Assembly (NCBI GenBank): GCA_009919005.1
Contig: RGCW01000004.1
Location: forward strand, 1 to 50,984
Direction of reading: 5' to 3'
Length of the DNA: 50,984 bases
Source: Candidatus Aquidulcis sp.
Lineage (GTDB): Bacteria; Chloroflexota; Limnocylindria; Limnocylindrales; Limnocylindraceae
Shown here: positions 29,232 to 39,145 of the stretch, one piece after another
Position numbering within the stretch: position 1 is the stretch's first letter
How the letters are laid out: each line of letters opens with the position of its first letter
Notes under the pieces: generated by a model
Databases searched by the model: none
What the model was told of the DNA's origin: nothing
What the model saw: only the letters and a program-made list of their open reading frames with translations
Program-made: the position numbers and the translations under genes

Positions 29232-29271
29232 GGCTGATACTCTTTCCAGAGCGGAGGAGAGGAGGTCAAGG

Positions 29272-30720
29272 ATGGAGCACTCGCCTGCGCTAACGCATCG
29301 GTTTCGCACCTGGCGTGATCGACTGAGCCTCCTCCTCGCTGTCCCTCTTCTCGTTGTCGGACTCGGACTGGCAGAGGCGGGTCCCGTTCGCGGCGACCCA
29401 CTCGATGATGCGCTGGCGCAACAGAAGGCCCTCGCCGCTCAACTCGCCGCCCAGCAGAAGGCCCTCAATGCGCTGATCGCTCAGCAAGGTGCCCTGAGCG
29501 CCCAATTAGCTTCAACGACGGCCGCGCTTGCCAAGAACTCGGCGACGCTCACGAGCATTACTGCCCAGGTGGCTCAGCTCAGTACCGCCGTGCAGCAGGC
29601 TCAAATCGGATTGAACAAACTGAGCGCCGCAGTCAACGCGCTTGACGTCGAGATCAATCGACTCGTGAAAGAGCAACAGGCGAAGGCACGCGACCTTGCC
29701 GCTCGGGAGGCGATCCTGGCCTCCCGCATTCGGGAGGCCTACATCGCCGATCAAACCCCACCGCTCTGGATCTTGTTGTCGGGGCAAAGCTTTACCGACA
29801 TCCTGCTTGACATCGCTGGCTTCAACACGTTGGGCGCTGAAGATGTCAAGCTCGCCGATAGCATCAGTAGGGACGCAGCGCGCCTCGCTGCAATTGAGGA
29901 GCAGGTTCGCGCGAATCGTGCTGAAACAGAGCAACTCCGAGTCGCCGCTGCGAAGCAGAAGGCGGCGCTCGACAAGCAGGTGTCCCTCCTCAACGCTGCG
30001 AAGGCGCGACTCGCCGCGGCGATAGCCGCACAGAAGAAGGCGATTGCCGCACAGAAGGCGGCAATGGATAAGTTGATCGCAGATAAGAAGAAGCTTGCGG
30101 CTGCAGTCGCAGCCCTGAAGGCAGAGGAGGCACGCGTCACCGCAACTGTGAACGCGTTATTGAAGGGACAGTTCGGCTCAGGGCTCCCGACGGTGTACCA
30201 GGGCGGGTGGACGTGGCCGATCGTCCACAACGGTTCAGGCTTTGTGAAGCCGGTTGGCGGTACACGCCCGTACATCTCGCAAAAATTCGGCTGTGTCAGT
30301 TGGCCGATCTATCCGAAGAGCTCCGCCTGTCCAAAGTCGTACCCCTATCTCCATAACGGCGTGGATATCGCCGCCTCGCCAGGTACGCCGATCTATGCAG
30401 CGGCGGCCGGGAAGGTGATGATCGCGGGGATCTGTAGCTACTGCGTGGTGTGGCGAGGGATGCGGCCGCTCGCCTGGATCTGGATCGCTCATTCGAAGAG
30501 CATGGTGACCATTTACGGTCACATTGGCGATGGCAAGGTTTCAAGCCAACCGAAGTGGCGCGTCAAAGCTGGCGATATCGTGGCCGCCGGCCAGCTCATC
30601 GCCTTCGTCGGCTCAACCGGGAACGTCACAGGGCCGCACCTGCATCTCTCGCTCCTCGTCAACGGCAAATATGTCTGCCCGCAGAAGTATCTTCCTGGGG
30701 GAGTCTGCTCTGCGTACTGA
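29272..30720 (+). CDS. Secreted coiled-coil M23 family peptidase (murein hydrolase)
   Basis: Signal-like helix, long Ala/Gln/Lys coiled coil, intact HNGVD and GPHLH motifs. Confidence 0.88.
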   Translation: MEHSPALTHRFRTWRDRLSLLLAVPLLVVGLGLAEAGPVRGDPLDDALAQQKALAAQLAAQQKALNALIAQQGALSAQLASTTAALAKNSATLTSITAQVAQLSTAVQQAQIGLNKLSAAVNALDVEINRLVKEQQAKARDLAAREAILASRIREAYIADQTPPLWILLSGQSFTDILLDIAGFNTLGAEDVKLADSISRDAARLAAIEEQVRANRAETEQLRVAAAKQKAALDKQVSLLNAAKARLAAAIAAQKKAIAAQKAAMDKLIADKKKLAAAVAALKAEEARVTATVNALLKGQFGSGLPTVYQGGWTWPIVHNGSGFVKPVGGTRPYISQKFGCVSWPIYPKSSACPKSYPYLHNGVDIAASPGTPIYAAAAGKVMIAGICSYCVVWRGMRPLAWIWIAHSKSMVTIYGHIGDGKVSSQPKWRVKAGDIVAAGQLIAFVGSTGNVTGPHLHLSLLVNGKYVCPQKYLPGGVCSAY

Positions 30721-32005
30721 TCGCGCCGTTGCCGTCATCCTTGCGGGCGGCGAAGGGAATCGACTCGGCGTTCTCTCTGGCGTTCGTGCTAAGCCAGCCG
30801 TGCCATTCGGTGGCAAGTATCGAATCATTGACTTTACTCTCTCTAATTGCGTCAACAGTGGGATCGGCGACGTGCTTGTCTTAACGCAATACAACCCGAG
30901 ATCACTCAATGACCATATCGGCCGTGGGCGACCATGGGACCTCGACCGCACGATTGGCGGCGTGAGAATCCTTCAGCCCCAGGTTGGTCGCGGCAACACT
31001 GCCAACTGGTATCGAGGTACGGCCGATGCGGTGCTGCAAAACCTTCGCGAAATCGTCGCCAACGGTGCCGAGACCGTTCTCGTCCTTTCGGGCGACCATA
31101 TCTACAAGATGGACTATGAGCGATTCATCAGCGCACATCGCCGAAGCGGTGCTGACGTTACTGTGGCCGTTCGAGAGGTGAGCCTCGACGATGCACGGCG
31201 CATGGGGGTCGTTGCCGTTGATGGCCGGAAGCACATTACGGGCTTCCACGAGAAGCCGAAGCGCCCGACCAGCCGACTGGCCAGCATGGGGATCTACGCA
31301 TTCACCGCTGAGGCACTGGCAACGTGGCTCGATGAGAGTCGCCCCGACTTTGGAGCCAACGTGTTACCCGCGATGGTCGCGGGCGGTGCCAAGGTCATGG
31401 CTCATCGATTCCGCGGCTACTGGCAGGATGTGGGCACCCTCCCCGCCTACTTCGAGGCGAACATGGACCTACTTGCCTCGAAGCCGGAGCTTGATCTGTT
31501 TGACCGTGACTGGCTCATCCTGACGCGCTCGGAGGAGCGCTCACCAGCGCGGATCGGAGGAGAGGCGCGCGTGGAGCGATCCATGATCTCGCACGGCTGC
31601 GTGATCGAGGGAACGGTGGAGCGAAGCCTCCTGTCGCCAGGTGTTCGTGTGGGCCGCGGCGCGGTAGTGCGGGACAGTATCATCATGTTTGACGCCGAGA
31701 TCGGCGCTGGCGCCGTGATCGATCACGCCATCATCGACAAAGAGGTGAAGGTGGGGCGTGCCGCCAAAGTTGGGGTCGGCGAACTCCCTGGTGCGCCGAA
31801 CCGTGCCAACCCAGAGATGCTCGCGACAGGATTAGTGGTAATCGGTAAGCAGGCGCAGGTCCCTGACGGCGCCTCCGTGGCTCGCAATGTCCTCGTCGAC
31901 GCGGAGGCGAGCCTAAGCGATTGGCCAGATGGGGGTGTGGTCAAGGCTGGCACGACGATCAAGGCGGGAGGAGCATGGAACCCGCGTCGCGCTCTGGTTC
32001 GGTGA
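30710..32005 (+). CDS. glgC: Glucose-1-phosphate adenylyltransferase
   Basis: ILAGGEGNRL, RAKPAVPFGGKYRIIDF, GTADAV and GDHIYKMDY motifs. Start uncertain (CTG 30710 or ATG 30671). Confidence 0.92.
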   Translation: MRTDRAVAVILAGGEGNRLGVLSGVRAKPAVPFGGKYRIIDFTLSNCVNSGIGDVLVLTQYNPRSLNDHIGRGRPWDLDRTIGGVRILQPQVGRGNTANWYRGTADAVLQNLREIVANGAETVLVLSGDHIYKMDYERFISAHRRSGADVTVAVREVSLDDARRMGVVAVDGRKHITGFHEKPKRPTSRLASMGIYAFTAEALATWLDESRPDFGANVLPAMVAGGAKVMAHRFRGYWQDVGTLPAYFEANMDLLASKPELDLFDRDWLILTRSEERSPARIGGEARVERSMISHGCVIEGTVERSLLSPGVRVGRGAVVRDSIIMFDAEIGAGAVIDHAIIDKEVKVGRAAKVGVGELPGAPNRANPEMLATGLVVIGKQAQVPDGASVARNVLVDAEASLSDWPDGGVVKAGTTIKAGGAWNPRRALVR

Positions 32006-32511
32006 CACGGCTCAACGTCGCGAACATCCCCGCACTACTGGAGCGTCACGGCATTTCGTGTCCAGCACCGCATCAGCGCGATGAGGCGACGGTCTGGGAC
32101 CTTGAACTGGATGGCGAGCGTCGCCGGGGTGTGCGCGTGACACTGATCCATGATGCCCGCCCTGGTGGGGTCATCATCGTGTGGGCCCACCTCGCCCCGC
32201 CGCTCGGTGATGGACTACGAAAGGCCTATCGTCGCCTCTTGGAATGGAACGACAAGTATCTCTTTGCCAAGTTCGGCCTCGCCGAAGACGGACGCCCCAT
32301 CTTGAGCCTAGAGTTGCGCGCGGAAACTGCCACCGAAGCTGACCTTATTGAAGCCGTGGCTCGCGCAGTGTTGATTGCGGACCGCCTCCTGGATGAGACG
32401 GCGGCATGGATTTGGATCGGAGGCCGCGTCCCAGCGGACGACGGCGCCCCGCGCCGAAACCGAGAACTCCTTGCCGCTCACCCAGAACTCGCCGATCGGC
32501 TGGAGGGCTAG
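32002..32511 (+). CDS. YbjN-like domain protein
   Basis: YRRLLEWNDKYLFAKFGLAEDG pattern; GTGA overlap with glgC. Confidence 0.6.
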   Translation: MTRLNVANIPALLERHGISCPAPHQRDEATVWDLELDGERRRGVRVTLIHDARPGGVIIVWAHLAPPLGDGLRKAYRRLLEWNDKYLFAKFGLAEDGRPILSLELRAETATEADLIEAVARAVLIADRLLDETAAWIWIGGRVPADDGAPRRNRELLAAHPELADRLEG

Positions 32512-32546
32512 TCTCCGACGGTTCCGCGCAGGGCTATGCTTCTCAT

Positions 32547-33617
32547 ATGACTGAACGTGATCGGCCCACGCGCCCCGTACCGCAACCCCTCCCTGCGCTG
32601 CTCACAGGCGAGAACGCCGACGTCTATTTTTTGCGGACAGAGCGCGTGCTTGAGGGGGAGGGGCGCAATCCGATTGTCACTATGGAGGTCTTCTGCCGTC
32701 GGAGTGGGGCGACCCTCTGCGGCATCGATGAGGCGAAGGGACTCCTATCGATTGCACTTGAGGCCGATGCCGCCGCGGGCAAGGCGAGCCTATGGGCACT
32801 AAAAGATGGTGACCTAATTGAGGCGAAAGAGGTCGTCATGCGCATTCGAGCCCCATACCGGTCGATCGCGCGGCTGGAGACGGCCTACCTGGGCATGATG
32901 GCGCAGGGAACCGGCTGGGCAACCGCCGCTCGTGCCATCGTTGACGCAGCGGCACCGACACCTGTGATCGCATTCGGCGCACGGCATGTGCATCCCAATG
33001 TTGCGGACCGACTGGACTATGCGGCCATGATCGGCGGTGCAGCCGGCGCTTCAACGACGGCGGGCAGTGCCCGAGTCGCCCGCTTACCTGTTGGCACCAT
33101 GCCGCATGCGTTGGTGTTGATCTTTGGTGACACCGTTGAGGCGGCCCTCGCCTTCGATCGGCAGATTGATGAAGACCTTCCGCGCATCGTGCTCGTTGAC
33201 ACGTTTCGTGATGAGGCAGAAGAGTCTGCACGTGTTGCAGCTGCACTTGGAGCCAAGCTTTCAGGCGTTCGGCTCGACCGAGCGAGTGAGCTGGGCGGCG
33301 TCACTCCAGACCTTGTGACAGAGGTGCGAGGTGCACTTGACGCAGCGGGTGCCGCCTCAGCTCAGATCGTCGTTTCAGGAGGGCTCTCGCTGGAACGGAT
33401 TGCTGAATTCAAGGCCGCCGGCGCACACGTTGACACCTATGCCGTTGGGAGTGCCATCTCTGGCGTTCGCCCGATCGATTTCACCGCTGACATCCATGAG
33501 ATCGATGGGCGACCGATTGGCAAACGTGGTCGCCCATCGGGGGTGAGTCCGTCACCACGACTCCGCGAGGTAGATCTGGCTGCATGGCGCGCCGCCCTCG
33601 TCCCAGCGACGCGGTAG
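32547..33617 (+). CDS. pncB: Nicotinate phosphoribosyltransferase (short type)
   Basis: ADVYF, FGARH, GTMPHAL, LVDTF, VRLD, SGGL and DFTADI motifs; leaderless TATGCT. Confidence 0.88.
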   Translation: MTERDRPTRPVPQPLPALLTGENADVYFLRTERVLEGEGRNPIVTMEVFCRRSGATLCGIDEAKGLLSIALEADAAAGKASLWALKDGDLIEAKEVVMRIRAPYRSIARLETAYLGMMAQGTGWATAARAIVDAAAPTPVIAFGARHVHPNVADRLDYAAMIGGAAGASTTAGSARVARLPVGTMPHALVLIFGDTVEAALAFDRQIDEDLPRIVLVDTFRDEAEESARVAAALGAKLSGVRLDRASELGGVTPDLVTEVRGALDAAGAASAQIVVSGGLSLERIAEFKAAGAHVDTYAVGSAISGVRPIDFTADIHEIDGRPIGKRGRPSGVSPSPRLREVDLAAWRAALVPATR

Positions 33618-33626
33618 GATCTGACC

Positions 33627-36254
33627 ATGAGTTTAACGATTGAAACTCCAGCCGCGGATGCCCGCGATCTCCTGACGCAGAGCGAGGCCGCCGCACGTGC
33701 CACCGCGGTTCGTGAAGTGCGATACGCGCTCCAACTTGATCTTGCGCCGAACGCCGAAACCTTTCACGGCGCGATAACGGCACGGTTCATGCTCGAGGCG
33801 GGGCATGCTGGCTCGCTCTTCCTCTGCTTCCGCGGCCGAAGCATTCATCGGCTCTCGCTCAATGGCGTCGAGATCGCGGCACCCGATTGGAACGGCTATC
33901 GGCTTACCCTCCCCGCGAGGCAGTTGAAGCCTGGCGCTGAGAATCTCCTTGAAGTTGTCTACGAGAACGCGTATGACACGGGTGGGGACGGCGTCTTTCG
34001 CTTTATTGACCCCGAAGATCACGGCGAGTACATCTACACCAACTTTGAGCCCTATGAGGCCCATCGGATGGCGCCGCTCTTTGATCAGCCCGACATTAAG
34101 GCCAAGCTCTCGCTCTCTGTGACCGCCCCAGCGACATGGCGCGTCTTCGCCAATGGTGCAGAAACGTCGGCGCGCGCCGAAGGTTCTGACCGCACGCTGC
34201 ACACCTTTGCCGAGACCCCACCGCTGGCGAGCTATCTCTTCAGTTTCGCCGCTGGGCCCTTTGTTGGTCGACGGTTTGACGTGCCGATTCCGGGTCGTAC
34301 GGCCCCCGTGCAGGTAGGCCTCTGGTCACGAGGCTCGCTTGAGAAGCACCTGCCGTATGACCTGTTCCAGAAGATGACGAGCCAAGCCTTCACCTTCTAC
34401 GGCGAACTTTTCGGCCGCGAGTATCCATTCGAGAAGCTGGACCACGTTTACTGCCCCGAGTTCAATGTCGGGGCCATGGAGAACGTGGGACTGATCTCAT
34501 ATACCGAGCGCTACATCTTCTTGAGCCCACCGACACCGAGCGACATCACCGATCTTGCCGAGGTGGTCTTTCACGAGATCGCCCACATGTGGTTCGGCAA
34601 CCTAGTGACGATGCGGTGGTGGGATGACCTCTGGCTCAATGAGTCGTTTGCAACGTATGCAGCCGCCCTCTGCCTGACAGAGGGATCGGAGCACACCAGC
34701 GCCTGGCAGGAGTTCAATGTTCAGCTGAAGCGCTGGTCTCTTGTTGAGGATGACTCGCCAACCACCCATCCGATTGCGGGAACCGTGGCCGACACCGATC
34801 AGACGTTCCTGAACTTTGATGGCATCACGTATGGGAAGGGCGGAGCGGTGCTGAAGCAACTCGGAGCCCGGCTCGGTCGGAAGGGTTTTGCTGCGGGCCT
34901 TCGACTCCATTTCCAGCGACATGCGTTTGGCAACGCGACCCTTGCCGACTTCCTCGCCTCGCTTGAAGAGGGGAGCGGTGTGGCACTCGCGGACTGGTCA
35001 GCCCAGTGGTTGCGAACAAGTGGACCGAATCGACTCGGGGCCGTGATCACCCCAACTATGGACGGATCCATCGGCGCCCTCACGGTCACGCAGGAGGTGG
35101 TCTCCGGTGACAACGTCCTCCGCGAGCATCTCATGCGCATCGCCTTGCTGTATCCCGACAGCGGGAGCGCCGTCACCATTGAGTCGCATGAGGTCCTCGT
35201 GCGCGGCGCACGTACCGAAGTCGTGAGTGCGGTAGGACGACCTCTGCCGCTGGCGGTGATCCCCAATCATGACGATCTTGCTGTCGGGAAGCTCGCTTTT
35301 GATGAGCCGACGCTTCGCTTTGCCGAGGCGCGCCTAGAGGCGATTCCAGATGGGCTCTTGCGCCAGCTCACCTGGATGGGGATTTGGGAGCTCGTGCGCG
35401 ATGGTCGGTATTCAGCCGCGCGTTATGCACAACTCATCATTGACCGGTTGCCGCATGAGAGCGACTCCTCCATCGTGCAAGGGGTTGTTGAGTCGACCAT
35501 CGGTAGCCTTCTGCTGCGCTACCTCCCGGACGGTGAGCGTGAACGTTGGGGGAGCCGCATCGTTGATGCGGCGCGCGCTCGATTGGCTGAGGGCGGGAGT
35601 GAGGGAATGCGCATCGTTTGGTCCCGCGTCATGGTTCTCGCCTCCGTGACCCCGCGTGATGTCGAAGAGACCTGGCAGGTTGCGGTCGGCGAAACTCCAC
35701 TGGAGGGGGCCGAGATCGATCAGGATCATCGCTGGTCGCTGCTCGTGCGCGCTGCATCGTTTGGTGCCCCGAATACCGCTGAACGATTGTCGGCAGAGGC
35801 GCAACGCGATCCGAGTGATCGTGGCGCTCGTGCCCTCCTCGCTGCCGAGGTTGCGGCGCCGAGCGTCGCAGGAAAACGCATCGCATGGGAACGGATGTTG
35901 CGCGCAGACGGGTACGGGAGCGTTCGCAAGACCCTCGCCGCTGCCAGCGGTTTCGCCTGGCCTTGGCAGCGCGAGCTTCTCGCGCCGTATGTCGCGCAGA
36001 TCCCAACGGCACTCTTGGCTCTTGGATCTGCCGATGCTACGTTTGCTCGTGACCTGGTCACGCGAAGTGCATCACTCGGCCTGTGGGGCGCGCCCTCATC
36101 TATGCTCGCCGCCGTCGATGCGCTCTTACAAAACATCGCTGACCCGATCTACGGCATCCCGCCAGTTGACGCGGCACGCTTGCGTCGCTTCGCCCTGCTT
36201 GAACGTGATGGCATGGTGCGAGTCTTGCGGCAGCAGAGCAGCAGCGTGCAGTGA
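33627..36254 (+). CDS. pepN: Aminopeptidase N (M1)
   Basis: GAMEN, HEIAH..WLNES and NFDGITYGKG motifs. Confidence 0.95.
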   Translation: MSLTIETPAADARDLLTQSEAAARATAVREVRYALQLDLAPNAETFHGAITARFMLEAGHAGSLFLCFRGRSIHRLSLNGVEIAAPDWNGYRLTLPARQLKPGAENLLEVVYENAYDTGGDGVFRFIDPEDHGEYIYTNFEPYEAHRMAPLFDQPDIKAKLSLSVTAPATWRVFANGAETSARAEGSDRTLHTFAETPPLASYLFSFAAGPFVGRRFDVPIPGRTAPVQVGLWSRGSLEKHLPYDLFQKMTSQAFTFYGELFGREYPFEKLDHVYCPEFNVGAMENVGLISYTERYIFLSPPTPSDITDLAEVVFHEIAHMWFGNLVTMRWWDDLWLNESFATYAAALCLTEGSEHTSAWQEFNVQLKRWSLVEDDSPTTHPIAGTVADTDQTFLNFDGITYGKGGAVLKQLGARLGRKGFAAGLRLHFQRHAFGNATLADFLASLEEGSGVALADWSAQWLRTSGPNRLGAVITPTMDGSIGALTVTQEVVSGDNVLREHLMRIALLYPDSGSAVTIESHEVLVRGARTEVVSAVGRPLPLAVIPNHDDLAVGKLAFDEPTLRFAEARLEAIPDGLLRQLTWMGIWELVRDGRYSAARYAQLIIDRLPHESDSSIVQGVVESTIGSLLLRYLPDGERERWGSRIVDAARARLAEGGSEGMRIVWSRVMVLASVTPRDVEETWQVAVGETPLEGAEIDQDHRWSLLVRAASFGAPNTAERLSAEAQRDPSDRGARALLAAEVAAPSVAGKRIAWERMLRADGYGSVRKTLAAASGFAWPWQRELLAPYVAQIPTALLALGSADATFARDLVTRSASLGLWGAPSSMLAAVDALLQNIADPIYGIPPVDAARLRRFALLERDGMVRVLRQQSSSVQ

Positions 36255-36928
36255 ACCGATATCACTCCGCCGCGTCGAAGGCGGCACTAGCGCGACGAGC
36301 GCTCCTCCTGCTCGCGGTCCTCGCGCTCATCAGTGCGGGAACGGTGATGGGGTACTTCTCGGTCTTAGATCTTGTGGCGATCAATCGGGCAACGCCTGAC
36401 GATGCGACTCAGGCCTTCGGTACCGTCAGGGCGGCGAACACACTCCTCCTCATCGTGATCCCCGTGGTGTGGGTGGTGATCCTGCGTTGGTTGCGTGCCA
36501 GCCTTCAGAACGCTCACGCCCTTGATCTGCCACACCCAGTCGTGCCGTACGGCAAGATCAATCGGATAGTGGCACTCTGCGCGCTCCCAGGGCCGTTGAT
36601 CGGCCAGCCGGGGCGACTCTTGGCCATGCACACGGAGAGCCTTGCAGGCTCCTTTGGTGGAACGGGAGCGTCACGGCGGCGCGCGGATAGCGGATCAGCA
36701 CGATGGGCCGCCCGAATCTCCGTGGTTGTGGCGCCCCTCTGGGTGGGTGGGCTGATCACCTCTCACTCCGATCACCATGCGGTGATCTGGGTTGCCGCAG
36801 GATGGGTCTCGCTGAGCGCTGTCGCGATCCTGTTGCGCCAGGCAATCGCTGCCGTGCAGCTTGGTGAGGAGCTGCAGAGTGCCTTGCGCGCGGCGGAGCA
36901 GCGGGATCGCTCCCGCGCAACCAGGTAG
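36251..36928 (+). CDS. Membrane protein (DUF4328-like)
   Basis: Several TM segments; LRWLRASLQNAHAL; GTGA overlap with pepN. Confidence 0.55.
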   Translation: MNRYHSAASKAALARRALLLLAVLALISAGTVMGYFSVLDLVAINRATPDDATQAFGTVRAANTLLLIVIPVVWVVILRWLRASLQNAHALDLPHPVVPYGKINRIVALCALPGPLIGQPGRLLAMHTESLAGSFGGTGASRRRADSGSARWAARISVVVAPLWVGGLITSHSDHHAVIWVAAGWVSLSAVAILLRQAIAAVQLGEELQSALRAAEQRDRSRATR

Positions 36929-36936
36929 CGGCCACG

Positions 36937-37683
36937 GTGGCAACGCGGCGGCTCCTCCCGCGCAGCGAGACCGTGATGGTCGGCGCCATCCTGGCCAGTT
37001 CAATCGTCCTAGCGCTTCGCGGGTGGCTCCTCTTTCGAAGTGGTGACAACATCCTCGCCTACGCAGCGGACCCAGGTGCCGCTGCAGCGGGAATCCTCGG
37101 GGAGCAGTTGGCCCTCTCCGTTCTCCGACTTGTCGCGGTAATCCTTGACGTCGCCGCAGGGCTCGCGGTGCTAGGGTGGACATCACGGTTGCAGCACGAA
37201 GGCCTGCTCACCGTCGGTGAGCGACGACTTGCAATTCTCGCCGGTGTTCTGCCGTGGAGCCCACTCTTGCTCGCGCAGTCGATCGCGGCACCCCCTGTGG
37301 CGCTACTCGTCTTTCTCGGTCACGCCATTTGGGTCGGAGTAGCTGCCGTGCTCCTGCGACGCGCGCGCGACGCACAGCTCATCACCACCGGGCCATATCA
37401 CGCAGGCGGCGTAGTCGCTGTTCTCCTCCTCGGATCTTGGATCGTTGGCGGTGCCGCCGCACCCTGGGTGTACGCCCAACCGTCGCTGGGCATCACCGAG
37501 GCGTTAACCGCAAACGTTCAGGCGCAGATCAACGAGATCGTCATCGCACAGCGGGTACGTGGGCTCGTCATGATTGCCGGCGGGGCCTTCACCCTGATTG
37601 CCATAGAGCCACTCATGCGCAGCGTTCGTTCCGCCGTCACCCGTTTGGATGAGCGTCTGCAGCGACTCCGCGAGGAGGGTTAA
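36937..37683 (+). CDS. Uncharacterised membrane protein
   Basis: About 6 hydrophobic segments; fills the gap up to the convergent gene. Confidence 0.6.
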   Translation: MATRRLLPRSETVMVGAILASSIVLALRGWLLFRSGDNILAYAADPGAAAAGILGEQLALSVLRLVAVILDVAAGLAVLGWTSRLQHEGLLTVGERRLAILAGVLPWSPLLLAQSIAAPPVALLVFLGHAIWVGVAAVLLRRARDAQLITTGPYHAGGVVAVLLLGSWIVGGAAAPWVYAQPSLGITEALTANVQAQINEIVIAQRVRGLVMIAGGAFTLIAIEPLMRSVRSAVTRLDERLQRLREEG

Positions 37684-39134
37684 CGCGTCAGCTCGGCTGC
37701 CAATTCTTCAAAGACGCCTAGGTAGTGGTCGGCGTCCGCCGAGTTCATGGCGATTGAGAGTGTCCACTCCTCATCGCGACCAGGCGTGCTGAAAATCCCC
37801 CGATTCATGTTCCAGAGCCACACCAGATCGATTAGCTCTTTCTGTTGCGCCGACTTGTAGGTGTCATAGTCAACGACCTTTGATTGGGCAAAGGTGATCA
37901 CCCCTTTGGACTCAATCCCCACCGCATACGCTGCGAGCCTGTAGCGATTGATGATCCCCTGCGCCCCGTCAAGGAGTTGATCGTTCAGGCGACCGAGATG
38001 TGCGTAGGAGTCGGGGGTCATGACGCGCTCTAGGTTCGCGCGCGCTGCGGCCATGGCAAGCGGGTTTCCGTTGAAGGTGCCCACCATGTACACGTCACCT
38101 GAGTCAACCGCCGACCACATCTCATCGGTGCCACCGATCGCGCCCGTTGGGATTCCTGCGCCGAGCGCCTTGGCCAAGCAGACAAGGTCTGGCGTGATGG
38201 CAAAGAGTTCCGTTGCACCGCCAGCGGCAACGGTGAGGCCGGTCTTCACCTCGTCAACGATCCAGACGACGCCAAATTTCTTGGTGATGCGTCGAACTTC
38301 AGCGAGATAGCCTGGTTCTGGCAGGATCACGCCGCAATTCATCATCGCGGCCTCCATGATCAAGCAGGCGGGGAGCCGCCCCTCGTGCTGCAACGCCGTA
38401 AGTCGGCGCTCCAGAACTCCCGCGTCATTGAATGGGACCGCGGTCGTCATTTGCGTCACTGCGTCGGGGATCCCTTTGCCATAGGCGATCGACGGGTAGT
38501 GTTCGCGATCGGTACCCTCGTAGACCGAGAGACCGATGTCCACCATTACGTAGTCGTGGTGGCCGTGATAACTGCCAAAGATCTTCATCACACCATCGCG
38601 ACCCGTCACGGCGCGCGCCAACCGGATCGCGTCCATGGTCGCCTCGGAGCCCGAGTTGACGAATCGCCAGCGTGGGAGTTTCCAGCGGGCGGCGAGGTGT
38701 TCGGCCACGACGTACACATCTTCTGTCGGTGCGGCGAAGTGCGACCCGAGGCGAATTCGTCGCTCGACCGCCTCAGTGATGATCGGGTGCGCATGCCCTT
38801 GCACCATGCTGCCGATGCCATTGTGGACGTCGAGGTACTGGTGCCCATCAACATCCCAGACGTACTGTCCCTGGCCTCGCTCGAGATAGATCGGCCATGG
38901 CGCGCGCTTCTGGTAGCTCGAAGAGACGCCGCCGACCAGCGATTGCTTGGCACGAGCGTAGGCGGCCGCGGAGGCCTGGGTGCGAGCATCAAGTCGCTCA
39001 GTCTCGCGCGCCGTCAGTTCACGAACCCGTGCCGGGTCGATCTGCACGGTCGGCCCCGTGGAGGGTTCGGCGCGATGGGGGGCGGGCGTCGAGGTTGGTA
39101 CCAGGTGTCGAAGCGGTGCGATCGCCATATCCAT
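37680..39134 (-). CDS. Class III PLP aminotransferase (GSA-aminomutase-like)
   Basis: WDVDG, NSGSEAT, SYHG, DEVKTG, LAKALG and GTFNGNP motifs. Confidence 0.9.
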   Translation of the reverse strand: MDMAIAPLRHLVPTSTPAPHRAEPSTGPTVQIDPARVRELTARETERLDARTQASAAAYARAKQSLVGGVSSSYQKRAPWPIYLERGQGQYVWDVDGHQYLDVHNGIGSMVQGHAHPIITEAVERRIRLGSHFAAPTEDVYVVAEHLAARWKLPRWRFVNSGSEATMDAIRLARAVTGRDGVMKIFGSYHGHHDYVMVDIGLSVYEGTDREHYPSIAYGKGIPDAVTQMTTAVPFNDAGVLERRLTALQHEGRLPACLIMEAAMMNCGVILPEPGYLAEVRRITKKFGVVWIVDEVKTGLTVAAGGATELFAITPDLVCLAKALGAGIPTGAIGGTDEMWSAVDSGDVYMVGTFNGNPLAMAAARANLERVMTPDSYAHLGRLNDQLLDGAQGIINRYRLAAYAVGIESKGVITFAQSKVVDYDTYKSAQQKELIDLVWLWNMNRGIFSTPGRDEEWTLSIAMNSADADHYLGVFEELAAELTR

Positions 39135-39145
39135 ACATCCTTCTC

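Noticed and set aside
29400-30150. Repeated GCxCAGAAGGC-like units
   Set aside because: They encode the Ala/Gln/Lys coiled coil; not a CRISPR array or DNA repeat.
37680-39134. Calling the aminotransferase hemL
   Set aside because: No haem-pathway context, and the upstream operator array points to a different role; symbol withheld.
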